Shown: in pieces, positions 16,727-25,742 of the stretch | Layout: every line of letters starts with the position of its first letter | Position numbering within the stretch: position 1 is the stretch's first letter | From: a virus | Taxonomy: Duplodnaviria > Caudoviricetes | Length of the DNA stretch: 47,667 nt | Strand: one strand, 5' to 3' | Virus record (IMG/VR): IMGVR_UViG_3300049166_000010 | Span: 1 to 47,667 of that record | Made by a program: the position numbers and the translations under genes | Notes under the pieces: model-generated | What the model was told of the DNA's origin: nothing | The model's input: the letters and a program-made list of their open reading frames with translations, nothing else | Databases searched by the model: none

Positions 16727-16992
16727 CGTCCGTTCTCCAGTTCCTGCATGGCCTGCCAGATTATATCCATATTCGCTTGCCGTGGCACGCGTTCGCCCTG
16801 TCGCCAGTATGTCAGCAGACCTGGCGCAAACCCAGCCTTGGCCTCGATGGCTTTCTGCCGGAACGGACTGGCGTCGATCGCCTGGAGCAATGCCTTTAGG
16901 CTGTCTGGTCGGCGGCGTGGTGGGAGTGGTGCCAGGATAACCCTGGCGTCGGGTTTGAGATGTCTGGCTTCGAGGGTGTCACGGTGTGCCAT
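16723..16992 (-). CDS. XRE-like HTH protein
   Basis: QKAIEAKAGFAPGLLTYWRQGERVP. Confidence 0.7.
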   Translation of the reverse strand: MAHRDTLEARHLKPDARVILAPLPPRRRPDSLKALLQAIDASPFRQKAIEAKAGFAPGLLTYWRQGERVPRQANMDIIWQAMQELENGR

Positions 16993-17185
16993 AGTCGGGC
17001 TCCGAAACTGTGAACATGTGCGGGTAGAACTTGCGGGCCAACTCGTCGGCGTCGGTCAGTCCAAGCCGAAACATGGTCGCATCCCTCGCAGGAAGCATAA
17101 TGGCCATCCACATGCCTACCTCCAGCCAGAGATCGCCATAGGGTGATAGCTCAACGCGCGCGGCTTTGCTGTATTCAGCGGCCAT
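16979..17185 (-). CDS. Hypothetical protein
   Basis: Coupled ORF with AGGAG RBS. Confidence 0.6.
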   Translation of the reverse strand: MAAEYSKAARVELSPYGDLWLEVGMWMAIMLPARDATMFRLGLTDADELARKFYPHMFTVSEPDYGTP

Positions 17186-17465
17186 GGTCGGGCTCCTGTT
17201 GGGATGGTTCCGGCAGCTTCATGATCGAAAAGCGCAGCGTCGTCAGGTCGTAGCCGCGATCTTCTAGTATCTGGCGCAGCGTCATGCCGTCATGTACGAT
17301 AGCATCCTCGAAAGCCCTCATAATGCAACGCGACGTGGGCTTCATGTCGACGCCCGGACCCCAAGCATAAAGAACATCGGGGCTGCTGTAGCTATCCTCG
17401 CGGCCATAGCGGACAATCTGTTGGTTCGGCTTCGCGAGGGGGACGTGATATCGCCGCTTCCTCAT
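17175..17465 (-). CDS. Hypothetical protein
   Basis: ATGA-coupled ORF; ERGYDLTTLRFSI-like C-terminal motif. Confidence 0.7.
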   Translation of the reverse strand: MRKRRYHVPLAKPNQQIVRYGREDSYSSPDVLYAWGPGVDMKPTSRCIMRAFEDAIVHDGMTLRQILEDRGYDLTTLRFSIMKLPEPSQQEPDHGR

Positions 17466-17845
17466 GGCGTTTCTCCTTGGGAGAGGGCTTGGCGAGCGGC
17501 ACGGAACCAGCCGAACTTGAGCGAGTGCAGCCGGAACTCTTCGCCACTGGTCATCAGCGGCAGTTCGTCCGTATCGGCAAAGCCTTCCGTTTCAAGCTCG
17601 AACAATTCGCCAACATCAGCGAACGGCTCCAACGCCTCCCGCAATGCCTTTTCGCGGGCCTCTGAGGCTTCGGCGCGGGCGCGAGCCTCTACAGCCTCCT
17701 TGCCGTACATTGTTGCTTTCGAGCGCCACACATCGCGTTCGTAGATCAGTTGGTCGCGTTCGGCAGCTATGGCTGAAATGCGCTCGTTGACGTAAAAGGT
17801 CAGCCCCGGCAGCTCAGCCAGCTTGTCGTCGGTGGTTGGGGTCAT
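17462..17845 (-). CDS. Hypothetical coiled-coil phage protein
   Basis: LREALEPFA...FRAARQAL pattern; coupled starts and stops. Confidence 0.7.
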   Translation of the reverse strand: MTPTTDDKLAELPGLTFYVNERISAIAAERDQLIYERDVWRSKATMYGKEAVEARARAEASEAREKALREALEPFADVGELFELETEGFADTDELPLMTSGEEFRLHSLKFGWFRAARQALSQGETP

Positions 17846-18063
17846 GATTGCTCGCCAGTGGCTTTAGCGATGGCGGCGTGGGCATCTTTCCGCTGTTCAG
17901 GGTTGCCATCCCAAACCGCTGCAGCCTCTAGCCAAGTGTCAGAGCCGAGAAGAGCAAACAGAAAAGCTCGCACGTCTTCAGTCATTTCCACCGACACCTT
18001 AACCGTATCGCTTGATACATCATCGCCGTCATAATCGTAGCAGTCGTTCGGATCGTGGCTCAT
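17842..18063 (-). CDS. Hypothetical protein
   Basis: ATGA-coupled; AAIAKATGE ending. Confidence 0.65.
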   Translation of the reverse strand: MSHDPNDCYDYDGDDVSSDTVKVSVEMTEDVRAFLFALLGSDTWLEAAAVWDGNPEQRKDAHAAIAKATGEQS

Positions 18064-19277
18064 ACCCCTGTCTCCCCCTCAGTGCTGGAAAGAGCGGCTT
18101 CGGCTTTCTTGACAGCAGCCCAATACTCGTTCTCAGATGGGTTGCCTGTCTGCATTGCCTCAAGGCATGCCTCCAGCGCCTCGCGCAATGTGCCACCCTG
18201 ATTAACTCGGGCTTCGGAGAGGGCGGCGCGGAAAGCTTTAAGGGCAGCGGCATATCGTTCGTTTGCCGTCATGGAGCTAACTGTCATCCATTCGTCCAAG
18301 AGCGTCAGCAGTTCGGCCCCCGCGTTCGTCAGATCATCCGATACCCTTGGTTTAGGGTGGGAGAGGGCGGCGTCACGACGCTTGCGTGTTCGCATCACCG
18401 TCAGGACCAGCGAGCCTATCAAATCCTCTGGCCCGCCACCCTCATGGCAGCGGATCACATCGGGGTCGCCATCGGACAGCATAGCCTCAACGTTCTCACG
18501 CCATTGCTTCGCTTCATCATCGCTAACCGCTTCGGGCTTCGGGGATGGTGGCGAAAGATAGAGGGGCTGAACAACATTGCCACTGGTCGCCTCTCTTTCA
18601 GCCAAGGCTCGGTCGGAAGTGATTAGCCATAACTTCACCATATCGGGGCCAGTTACCCAACCAGACGAATACCGCCAAGCCACCGCCTCTGCTATCGGCT
18701 CTGGCGCGTCGCCTTCGTCAATCGGCTTGCCATCGTGCATGACGGTAGAGCCGTGTTCATCGACATAGGTTTGCCATTGCTTAGGCTCTGGCGCGGAGGG
18801 TGAGAAGCCGGGGAGAGGGCCGCGACCATGCCGTGTTGCTCTCTTGGCGCGAACCTTGGCAATTTTCTCTGGGGTCTGGAGTTGAGCCAGATCAGCTTCG
18901 GCGCACTTCATCATGTCCCAGCCGCCAACAACGCAAAGGGATGCGAGCGTTAGGGCAGCAGCGCCGATTTCCTTCTCGGGCTCACCGACCGGACGGCTAA
19001 ATGTGTAGGACACCAGCTTGTGCGCATCCTCCTCCGTCATGCCGGTTGCCTGTGCGACCTCTAGCGCCTCTTCTGCAAAGCGGTCCCGGCGCTCGGCTAG
19101 GCTAGTCGGATCGTCATGGAACAGGGCCACGTGAGCTTGCGCTACGCGATCTTGGAACAACTCGTCCCCGTGTGCCTGTATGGTGCTGGTCATTGCTCCG
19201 TGACAAACCATTGTGTCTTCTCCTGGCGGTAGGCGGGGATCGGGCTGAGTGCCGAACGGCGTGTGTGGCTGTGTCAT
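18060..19277 (-). CDS. Modular phage early protein with N-terminal MazG-like (all-alpha NTP pyrophosphatase-like) domain
   Basis: FQDRV...ERRDRFAEEALEVAQA...RPVGEPEKEIG...TLASLC. Confidence 0.6.
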   Translation of the reverse strand: MTQPHTPFGTQPDPRLPPGEDTMVCHGAMTSTIQAHGDELFQDRVAQAHVALFHDDPTSLAERRDRFAEEALEVAQATGMTEEDAHKLVSYTFSRPVGEPEKEIGAAALTLASLCVVGGWDMMKCAEADLAQLQTPEKIAKVRAKRATRHGRGPLPGFSPSAPEPKQWQTYVDEHGSTVMHDGKPIDEGDAPEPIAEAVAWRYSSGWVTGPDMVKLWLITSDRALAEREATSGNVVQPLYLSPPSPKPEAVSDDEAKQWRENVEAMLSDGDPDVIRCHEGGGPEDLIGSLVLTVMRTRKRRDAALSHPKPRVSDDLTNAGAELLTLLDEWMTVSSMTANERYAAALKAFRAALSEARVNQGGTLREALEACLEAMQTGNPSENEYWAAVKKAEAALSSTEGETGV

Positions 19278-19489
19278 ATCCCGCTCCCAGCCATGCCGAT
19301 CACCACCAGGGCGATCAATGGCGCCATTGAGATAACCACAACACCAAAGGCGTTATCGTCGCGTGACAGCCAGCAGGCGAGGCGGGTCATCTGAGGCGTG
19401 TACCGTGCGGGCTCGGGGCGGATACCGTGCCTAAGGAACCGGCGCGTTTCGAGTTCGGTCATGGGACCGTGGATCGTGGGGGCGCTCAC
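19274..19489 (-). CDS. Hypothetical protein with C-terminal TM
   Basis: FGVVVISMAPLIALVVIGMAG. Confidence 0.65.
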   Translation of the reverse strand: MSAPTIHGPMTELETRRFLRHGIRPEPARYTPQMTRLACWLSRDDNAFGVVVISMAPLIALVVIGMAGSGI

Positions 19490-19818
19490 GCTGCCACCTC
19501 CATCGACCGCAGCCTCAACTCGGACTGGCGCAGGTTTCGAGCCTTAGCCATCCAGTACCAGAACGCATTCGGGAACCGACGAAGCTGCTGTTCGCGCGCG
19601 GCGATCAGAGCGATCACACGCTGCTGCCGGTGTGCGTCAGGCGAGTTCCAGTACATCATCAGGGCATACCCTGAGGTAACGTCCTGATCGGTACGCTGCG
19701 ATCGCAGCCATGCCAGGATAGGGTCACGGCGAACCCGTTCGTGGGCCAGCAGGCCGAAGTGGCGGCAGTTGTTCAGGTCGTCGGTTAAGCGGGCTGCGAG
19801 GGCGTCGGTGGTGGACAT
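19486..19818 (-). CDS. Hypothetical protein, first gene of the second leftward operon
   Basis: GAGG RBS; downstream of promoter/operator. Confidence 0.7.
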   Translation of the reverse strand: MSTTDALAARLTDDLNNCRHFGLLAHERVRRDPILAWLRSQRTDQDVTSGYALMMYWNSPDAHRQQRVIALIAAREQQLRRFPNAFWYWMAKARNLRQSELRLRSMEVAA

Positions 19819-19842
19819 GGTGTTCGATACCTCGTTCTGTGT

Positions 19843-19877
19843 GTTGTGATATTCACATCAGTCGCAACGAAAGTCAA
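19843..19877 (-). promoter_or_regulatory. Leftward promoter TTGACT-N17-GAATAT whose -10 lies within operator 19843-19859
   Basis: GTTGTG-ATATT-CACATC. Confidence 0.75.
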
Positions 19878-19913
19878 TCATCGATTGATGTTTATTTCAG
19901 AAGCCAGCAAATC

Positions 19914-20200
19914 AGTGACGCACTAGTGACGCACTAGTGACGCACTAGTGACGCATGTTTACCAAGGATTAGTCAATTAAATCAGGGGCTTACCGTAAAG
20001 TGACGCACTTGGTGCCCAACATCATATATACATGAGGCTCCTATGGTTCAGCCATAGATCGAACCGACATCAACTGTTCTCGCGTATATGTAGTTTCTAG
20101 AGGTAAGTGCTACACTTTATAAGAAGTCATTGAAATATATAAAGAATTTCGTGTTTAGGGTGCTACACTAAGAAAACACTTCAACACAATCAATGACTTA
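19914..20200. repeat. Iteron-like array (AGTGACGCACT x3.8 tandem, plus 19999, variants at 20106 and 20160) with IHF-like sites; candidate replication origin
   Basis: 11-bp tandem repeat; AATCAATGACTTA fits WATCAANNNNTTR; AT-rich non-coding DNA. Confidence 0.7.
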
Positions 20201-20230
20201 GCGTTTTCCGCCCAAAACCATGCCTACGCC

Positions 20231-20256
20231 CAAACCATTGTTGCGTAAATCACAGC
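20231..20256 (+). promoter_or_regulatory. CAAACCAT late-promoter-like motif overlapped by an operator (20240-20256) upstream of terS
   Basis: CAAACCAT-TGTTGCG-TAAATC; GTTGCG-TAAAT-CACAGC. Confidence 0.7.
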
Positions 20257-20284
20257 GGTAAATTCAGGCCCATGGAATACGAGA

Positions 20285-20821
20285 ATGCTGACCCCAAAGC
20301 AGCAGAGATTTGTAGATGAATACCTGATCGACCTGAATGCAACGCAGGCTGCGATTAGGGCTGGGTATGAAGCGTCGAACGCTGATGTGACTGGCCCTCG
20401 TATGTTGGGAAATGTTGGGATCGCTGGGGCCATCGCTGAACGTCAGCAGGAACGCTCCGAGAAAACACAGATCGATGCGGCCTGGATGTTGCTGCGGCTT
20501 GCTGATGAGGCGACTGCCGATCTGGCTGATCTTTATGGCGAGGACGGTCAGCTTTTGCCGATCAAGCAATGGCCTCTGATTTGGCGTCAGGGTTTGGTTG
20601 CCGGGATCGAGGCTGAGGAACTGACCGTCGAAGGCGTGACCATGGGGATCGTCCGCAAGGTCAAACTCTCCGATCGTGTCAAACGGCTCGAACTGATCGG
20701 CAGGCACGTCAACGTGCAGGCGTTCAAGGAGAACGTGGAGGTGACGGTCACTGATCGCGCTGCGCAGCTCCAGCGGGCTCGCCAGCGAAAGGCTGCTGAT
20801 GCCGGCCCAGACCAAGCCTGA
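20285..20821 (+). CDS. terS: Terminase small subunit
   Basis: LTPKQQRFVDEYLIDLNATQAAIRAGY...DRVKRLELIGRH. Confidence 0.95.
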   Translation: MLTPKQQRFVDEYLIDLNATQAAIRAGYEASNADVTGPRMLGNVGIAGAIAERQQERSEKTQIDAAWMLLRLADEATADLADLYGEDGQLLPIKQWPLIWRQGLVAGIEAEELTVEGVTMGIVRKVKLSDRVKRLELIGRHVNVQAFKENVEVTVTDRAAQLQRARQRKAADAGPDQA

Positions 20822-22283
20822 CGACATCGAGGACCAGATCCTCGATCTTGCCATCGAGTGCCAGTTCGATCCTGATGCCTGGTCGGTGCAGGCGTGGGAT
20901 TGGGGTAACGGTGCGCTCAGGGATTACGATGGGCCGCGCCAATGGCAGCGCGACATCAACACCACAATCCGCGATCACCTGGCAGATCCTGAGACACGAT
21001 ACCAGCCATTGCAGATTGCTGTCGCCAGCGGTCACGGTATCGGCAAATCGGCTGAGATGGGCATGGTGTCGAATTGGGCCATGTCCTGCTTCGATGATTG
21101 CAAGATTGTCACCACGGCCAACACTGACGGCCAGCTCAAAACCAAGACGGCGCCCGAGATCGGGAAGTGGTTCCGAACATCGATCACCTCGCACTGGTTC
21201 GATGTGCAGGCGACATCGATCAAGTCGAACCAGCCAGGCCATGAGAGCGAATGGCGCCAGGACTTCGTGCCGTGGTCAGAGAACAACACCGAAGCGTTTG
21301 CCGGCCTGCACAACAAGGACAAGATCATTGTCCTATTGTTCGATGAGGCGTCCAAGATTTCCGATAAGGTCTGGGAAGTGGCTGAAGGTGCCCTGACCGA
21401 CGAGAACACGATCATCATCTGGATTGTGTTCGGGAACCCGACGCGCAACTCTGGCCGGTTCCGCGAGTGCTTCCGCAAATACCGCCATCGTTGGATTACC
21501 CGGCAGATCGACAGCCGCACGGTGCCGGGCACCAACAAGAAGAAAATCGCTGAGTGGGCTGCTGACCATGGCGAGGACAGCGACTTTTTCAAAATCCGTG
21601 TACGCGGACAGTTCCCGTCGCAGTCAGCCTTGCAGTTCATCTCGGGCGATGATGTCGACGCGGCTCGCGGCAGGCACCTCAGGCCCGAGCAGTATTCGTT
21701 CGCACCCAAAATCATCGGCGTTGATCCAGCATGGACTGGCGATGATCCGCTGGTGATCATGCTGCGCCAGGGGCTGTACTCCAAACGCCTCGCGACCCTG
21801 CCGAAGAACGACAACGACATCGAGGTCGCCAACCTGATCGCTCGCTTGGAGGATGAACACCAGGCCGACGCTGTCTTCGTTGATGGCGGCTATGGAACGG
21901 GCATCGTGTCTGCTGGTCGCACCATGGGCCGATCGTGGCGGATCATCTGGTTCGGCGGCAAGGCGATCGATCCGGGCTACCAGAACAAGCGGGCCGAGAT
22001 GTGGGGCGGCATCAAGTCGTGGCTCAAGGAAGGCGGCGCGATCGATCCTGCCAATGAGCTGCTGTACCAAGATCTGATTGGGCCTGAAACCGTGCCGCGC
22101 CTCGATGGCAAGATCCTGCTCGAAAGCAAAGCCGACATGAAGGATCGCGGCCTGCCGTCACCGAACGAGGGCGATGCTCTGGCCCTGACGTTTGCCGAAC
22201 CCGTTGCCAAGCGACCTGCGGGCTCGATTTCAGGCGCAAACCATCACGCCGTAGAAACCGAATACGACCCATTCAACAGGTGA
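20799..22283 (+). CDS. terL: Terminase large subunit
   Basis: ASGHGIGKS, LLFDEAS, GNPTRNSG, IGVDPA, SPNEGDALALTFA. Confidence 0.95.
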   Translation: MPAQTKPDDIEDQILDLAIECQFDPDAWSVQAWDWGNGALRDYDGPRQWQRDINTTIRDHLADPETRYQPLQIAVASGHGIGKSAEMGMVSNWAMSCFDDCKIVTTANTDGQLKTKTAPEIGKWFRTSITSHWFDVQATSIKSNQPGHESEWRQDFVPWSENNTEAFAGLHNKDKIIVLLFDEASKISDKVWEVAEGALTDENTIIIWIVFGNPTRNSGRFRECFRKYRHRWITRQIDSRTVPGTNKKKIAEWAADHGEDSDFFKIRVRGQFPSQSALQFISGDDVDAARGRHLRPEQYSFAPKIIGVDPAWTGDDPLVIMLRQGLYSKRLATLPKNDNDIEVANLIARLEDEHQADAVFVDGGYGTGIVSAGRTMGRSWRIIWFGGKAIDPGYQNKRAEMWGGIKSWLKEGGAIDPANELLYQDLIGPETVPRLDGKILLESKADMKDRGLPSPNEGDALALTFAEPVAKRPAGSISGANHHAVETEYDPFNR

Positions 22284-22286
22284 GCC

Positions 22287-22451
22287 ATGACTGTGTTTGC
22301 TGCCGTCCTGTCCGTCTACGCAGCCATCAGGTTTGCCTCGCTCACCCGATACGTATGGTCCAAGGGCTACGCCCCGATCTGGTGGGCACTCGAAGGCCTG
22401 TCCTGCCTCGCAATGCTGTTCGTAGCAATAACCCTCATCTGGGGACGATGA
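22287..22451 (+). CDS. Small two-TM membrane protein (54 aa; absent from ORF track)
   Basis: MTVFAAVLSVYAAIRFASLTRYVWSKGYAPIWWALEGLSCLAMLFVAITLIWGR; AGGTG RBS. Confidence 0.6.
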   Translation: MTVFAAVLSVYAAIRFASLTRYVWSKGYAPIWWALEGLSCLAMLFVAITLIWGR

Positions 22452-22453
22452 TC

Positions 22454-22660
22454 ATGTGTCTATTCCCTCCGACCCCTGAGGCTCCCAGCATGCCCACCGA
22501 GTACGCTGCGCAGAAATCACCCGACGCGGGAGCAGTTCGATCCACCACTGGTCGGCGCACGGCTGACATGGTGCGATCTGGCTCGCCAACGATCCTCACG
22601 TCCGGCTCTGGGGTTACGACCACTGCGCTGACTGAGAAAAAGACGCTGTTGGGGGCTTGA
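22454..22660 (+). CDS. Small pre-portal virion protein
   Basis: MC...TILTSGSG...KKTLLGA signature typical of the gene before the portal in such podoviruses. Confidence 0.8.
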   Translation: MCLFPPTPEAPSMPTEYAAQKSPDAGAVRSTTGRRTADMVRSGSPTILTSGSGVTTTALTEKKTLLGA

Positions 22661-22661
22661 G

Positions 22662-22841
22662 ATGGCACTGAGTGAAACCAGCCGTATCACGCTAACTCGG
22701 TGGCGGGAGGATGCCGCGCAGAGCCTCAACCGAGCCAATGCAAGTCGTAAGACTCTCAAAGGAGAATTAGGGCGAGTAGAGGCGGATATCGAGCTTTTGC
22801 AAAAGCAACTGGCTGAACTCGACCGGGACTTGGGCTCCTGA
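22662..22841 (+). CDS. Small coiled-coil protein (59 aa; absent from ORF track)
   Basis: MALSETSRITL...LQKQLAELDRDLGS fills the gap exactly. Confidence 0.6.
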   Translation: MALSETSRITLTRWREDAAQSLNRANASRKTLKGELGRVEADIELLQKQLAELDRDLGS

Positions 22842-22843
22842 GT

Positions 22844-24568
22844 ATGGCCCTTCTCCCCAGCGCTGCCGAAACGCCCCGCGCCCGCCTTGATCGCCGCAAG
22901 GAAAGCCTCAAGTCGATGCGCTCGCCTTGGGAGGAACAATGGCAGCAGCTTGCGGAGAACATCGCGCCGACCCGGCTGCGGATGAACCTCAACCAGAACG
23001 AGGGCAAGAAGCTCCGTTCCAAAATCGTTGACAGTACCGGATCTCTGGCGCTCCGCACTCTCGCCTCTGGAATGCACTCGGGGATCACCTCGCCCGCGCG
23101 GCCATGGTTCCGCTTGCAGACCGCCGATCCCGATCTCAAGGATTACGGCCCGGTGCGCGAATACCTCGATAATGTCGAGCGCCGAATGCGTGAGATATTC
23201 GCTGGCTCGAACATTTATAATGCGTTTCACTACGGGTACGGCGACATCGGTTTGATGGGGCAGTCCTGTGGTTTGCTGGTTGAAGATAGCCGAACCGCGA
23301 TCCGTATGATGCAACTACAGCACGGTTCGTTCTGGCTGGCTCGCGACTACAACGGTGTCGCGTCCACCTTGCTGCGAGAGTTTTCATGGTCAGTAGAGCG
23401 GATCATCGGTCGGTTTGCTGCGCTGCCGAACCGAGATGTCGACTGGAACAAGGTCTCGCCTCAGGTCCAGCGTGCCTATGACCGTGGCGATTACGATGAG
23501 CGGTTCACAGTAAACCACATCGTTGAGCCACGCCGGGAACGTGACCCATTCAAGATCGACCGTTCAAACAAGCCGTGGGCTTCGATCTATTGGGAGGAAG
23601 GCTACAAGCCGCCGAACGAAACAGGCCTCCTGGAAGTCTCGGGCTTCGATGAGAACCCGATAATTGCGCCGCCTTGGGAACTCATAGCCGAGGACCATTA
23701 CGCGAACTCGCCAGGCATGGAAGCTCTGCCAGATGTGCGCATGCTCCAGGTTGAGCAGACCGACAAGGCGCAGGCCATCCAGAAGATGCACAAGCCGCCC
23801 ATGAAAGGGCCGCTGTCGATGAAGAATAACCCGGCCTCCCTGCTGCCGGGGTCGATCACCTATGTCGATGACACCAGCGGCGCCGGCTACACGCCCGCGA
23901 TGAACGTCAACCTGTCGATTGCGGATCTTGGCCGCGACATTCAGCAGGTCCAGTCCCGGATCGACCGCGCGTTCTACGCCGATCTGTTCCTGATGATCTC
24001 CCAGATGGAAGGCATTCAGCCTCGCAACGTCATGGAGATTGTGGAGCGCAAAGAGGAAAAGATGCTCGCGCTCGGGCCTGTGCTTGAGAACGTGCAGGGC
24101 GCCCAGCTCCAACCAGCGATTGCCCGCACCTATGCGATCATGGGCCGACGCGGTGAACTGCCTGAGTTGCCGCCCGAGCTTGATGCTGGCGAACTCAAGA
24201 TCGAGTATATTTCCATCCTCGCCCAAGCCCAGAAGGCCGTCGCGACCGGCTCGATCGAGCGCCTGTTTGCGTTCGTCGGCAATCTGGCTGCGGTCAAGCC
24301 CGAGGTCTTGGATAAGATCGACATGGACGAGGGGATTGATCAGTACTCCGACATGCTCGGCTCGCCGGCTGGCGTCATCGTGTCCGATGAAGATGTGGCC
24401 GCTATCCGTCAGAAGCGCCAGCAGGACCAGCAGCGTGCGGCTCAGGCGGAACAGATGGCGACGACCATGCCTGCCGTCCAGCAGGGCGCCGAGGCTGCGG
24501 CTCTCCTGGCTGAGACTGACGCGGGCAATCCAAACTCACTGCTGGCGAAATTGGGGATTGGTGGATGA
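22844..24568 (+). CDS. Portal (head-to-tail connector) protein
   Basis: DSTGSLALRTLASGMHSGITSPARPWFRL, EIVERKEEKMLALGPVL, IEYISILAQAQK. Confidence 0.95.
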   Translation: MALLPSAAETPRARLDRRKESLKSMRSPWEEQWQQLAENIAPTRLRMNLNQNEGKKLRSKIVDSTGSLALRTLASGMHSGITSPARPWFRLQTADPDLKDYGPVREYLDNVERRMREIFAGSNIYNAFHYGYGDIGLMGQSCGLLVEDSRTAIRMMQLQHGSFWLARDYNGVASTLLREFSWSVERIIGRFAALPNRDVDWNKVSPQVQRAYDRGDYDERFTVNHIVEPRRERDPFKIDRSNKPWASIYWEEGYKPPNETGLLEVSGFDENPIIAPPWELIAEDHYANSPGMEALPDVRMLQVEQTDKAQAIQKMHKPPMKGPLSMKNNPASLLPGSITYVDDTSGAGYTPAMNVNLSIADLGRDIQQVQSRIDRAFYADLFLMISQMEGIQPRNVMEIVERKEEKMLALGPVLENVQGAQLQPAIARTYAIMGRRGELPELPPELDAGELKIEYISILAQAQKAVATGSIERLFAFVGNLAAVKPEVLDKIDMDEGIDQYSDMLGSPAGVIVSDEDVAAIRQKRQQDQQRAAQAEQMATTMPAVQQGAEAAALLAETDAGNPNSLLAKLGIGG

Positions 24569-24678
24569 GCTTACCCGAACTGTACGATTTCTTCCGCAGA
24601 TATGGGAATGGGCCTATCCGCAGCGCGGGAAAAGCCGTGCTGATGAAAATCGGCGTGAAGGTGAGGCTTAAGCCATGA
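24565..24678 (+). CDS. Possible 37-aa protein
   Basis: MSLPELYDFFRRYG...; ATGA overlaps at both ends. Confidence 0.4.
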   Translation: MSLPELYDFFRRYGNGPIRSAGKAVLMKIGVKVRLKP

Positions 24679-25004
24679 GCCCCGACCCCGATTTGGATCG
24701 CAAACTATCTCCGGCGCAAATCGACGTGACGGCTCAATCCATCTCCGATTTGGAGGCGGTGTTGAGAATTCCACAAGGGCGGCGAACGCTGCTGAGAATA
24801 CTGGAACAGACCGGCCTGTTTAGGTCGGCTTATACCGGTGATCTCGCGGCAACCAGCCTCCGACTTGGGGAACAGAACATCGGTTTGTGGCTGATCGCTC
24901 AGCTCGAAACGATTGGGCCAACGGAATACCCGCAACTGCTGCTCGATGCGGCGCGTGTGCGGGATTTGACAGGAGAGAGCGTGCATGTGGTTGATGAAGA
25001 ATAA
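24675..25004 (+). CDS. Bbp19-like head-region protein
   Basis: DLEAVLRIPQGRRTLLRILEQTGLF...GEQNIGL; position between portal and scaffold. Confidence 0.8.
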   Translation: MSPDPDLDRKLSPAQIDVTAQSISDLEAVLRIPQGRRTLLRILEQTGLFRSAYTGDLAATSLRLGEQNIGLWLIAQLETIGPTEYPQLLLDAARVRDLTGESVHVVDEE

Positions 25005-25740
25005 GCCGGTCTGGTCGCCCGATGAAGCCGCTGCACCTGCGCCGGCTGCTGATGCTGCGCCTGCCGATGCTTCAACCACGCTGTATCCTGATGATGCGGC
25101 TCCTGCTGCCGATACGCCGTCCGCTGAGGGTGACACTCCTGCGCCTGACGCTGCTGCCGCTGCCGAGTGGTCCGAGTACGTCAACGACGACACCAAGACG
25201 CCCGAGGAAAACGCTGCGGCCAAGGCTGAGAACGACGCCAAGAACCCGCTCAACCAGGTTCCCGAGGACGGCAAGTACAACCTCAAAATGCCCGAGGGTA
25301 TCGAGCTTGATACGGCTCTGCTCGATGGGATAGCGCCGACGCTCAAGGACCTGAACCTCAGCCACACGCAGGCTCAGGCTCTGGTCGACAAGTTCATCGA
25401 TACGCAGAAATCCAAGGCCGAAGCCGCGACTGCGAAGTGGGGCGAAACTGTTGCCGGTTGGCAGGAGCAGGCCAAGAAAGATCCAGAGATCGGTGGCGCC
25501 AAGTGGGCAGACACCGAACGCGATGCCGTCAGCGCCGTGCGCCGGTTCGGTACGCCTGCTCTGACTGAATATCTCGAAGCATCCGGGGCGGGCAACCACC
25601 CCGAGATTATCCGTCTCATGGCGAAGGTCGGTTCCATGATCGCGGAAGACAATCCGGCCATCAGCGAAAACCCAGGGGGCAAAGGCGGAAAAGATGCATC
25701 CGCTCGCTTGTACCCCGATGACACACCGAAGGGCAAATAA
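24985..25740 (+). CDS. Capsid scaffolding protein
   Basis: Ala/Pro/Asp-rich N-terminus; YNLKMPEG, DPEIGG, GNHPEIIR, LYP ending; directly before the MCP. Confidence 0.85.
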   Translation: MWLMKNKPVWSPDEAAAPAPAADAAPADASTTLYPDDAAPAADTPSAEGDTPAPDAAAAAEWSEYVNDDTKTPEENAAAKAENDAKNPLNQVPEDGKYNLKMPEGIELDTALLDGIAPTLKDLNLSHTQAQALVDKFIDTQKSKAEAATAKWGETVAGWQEQAKKDPEIGGAKWADTERDAVSAVRRFGTPALTEYLEASGAGNHPEIIRLMAKVGSMIAEDNPAISENPGGKGGKDASARLYPDDTPKGK

Positions 25741-25742
25741 CG

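Noticed and set aside
19204-19211. Extra CAAACCAT copy
   Set aside because: Inside and antisense to an early gene, with no xA hexamer 7 nt downstream; treated as chance
19822-19837. GTTC-N8-GTTC as an alphaproteobacterial LexA box (also at 3735-3750)
   Set aside because: Canonical spacing is N7; both have N8
19914-19955. Tandem repeat as a CRISPR array
   Set aside because: 11-bp units with no spacers and no cas genes
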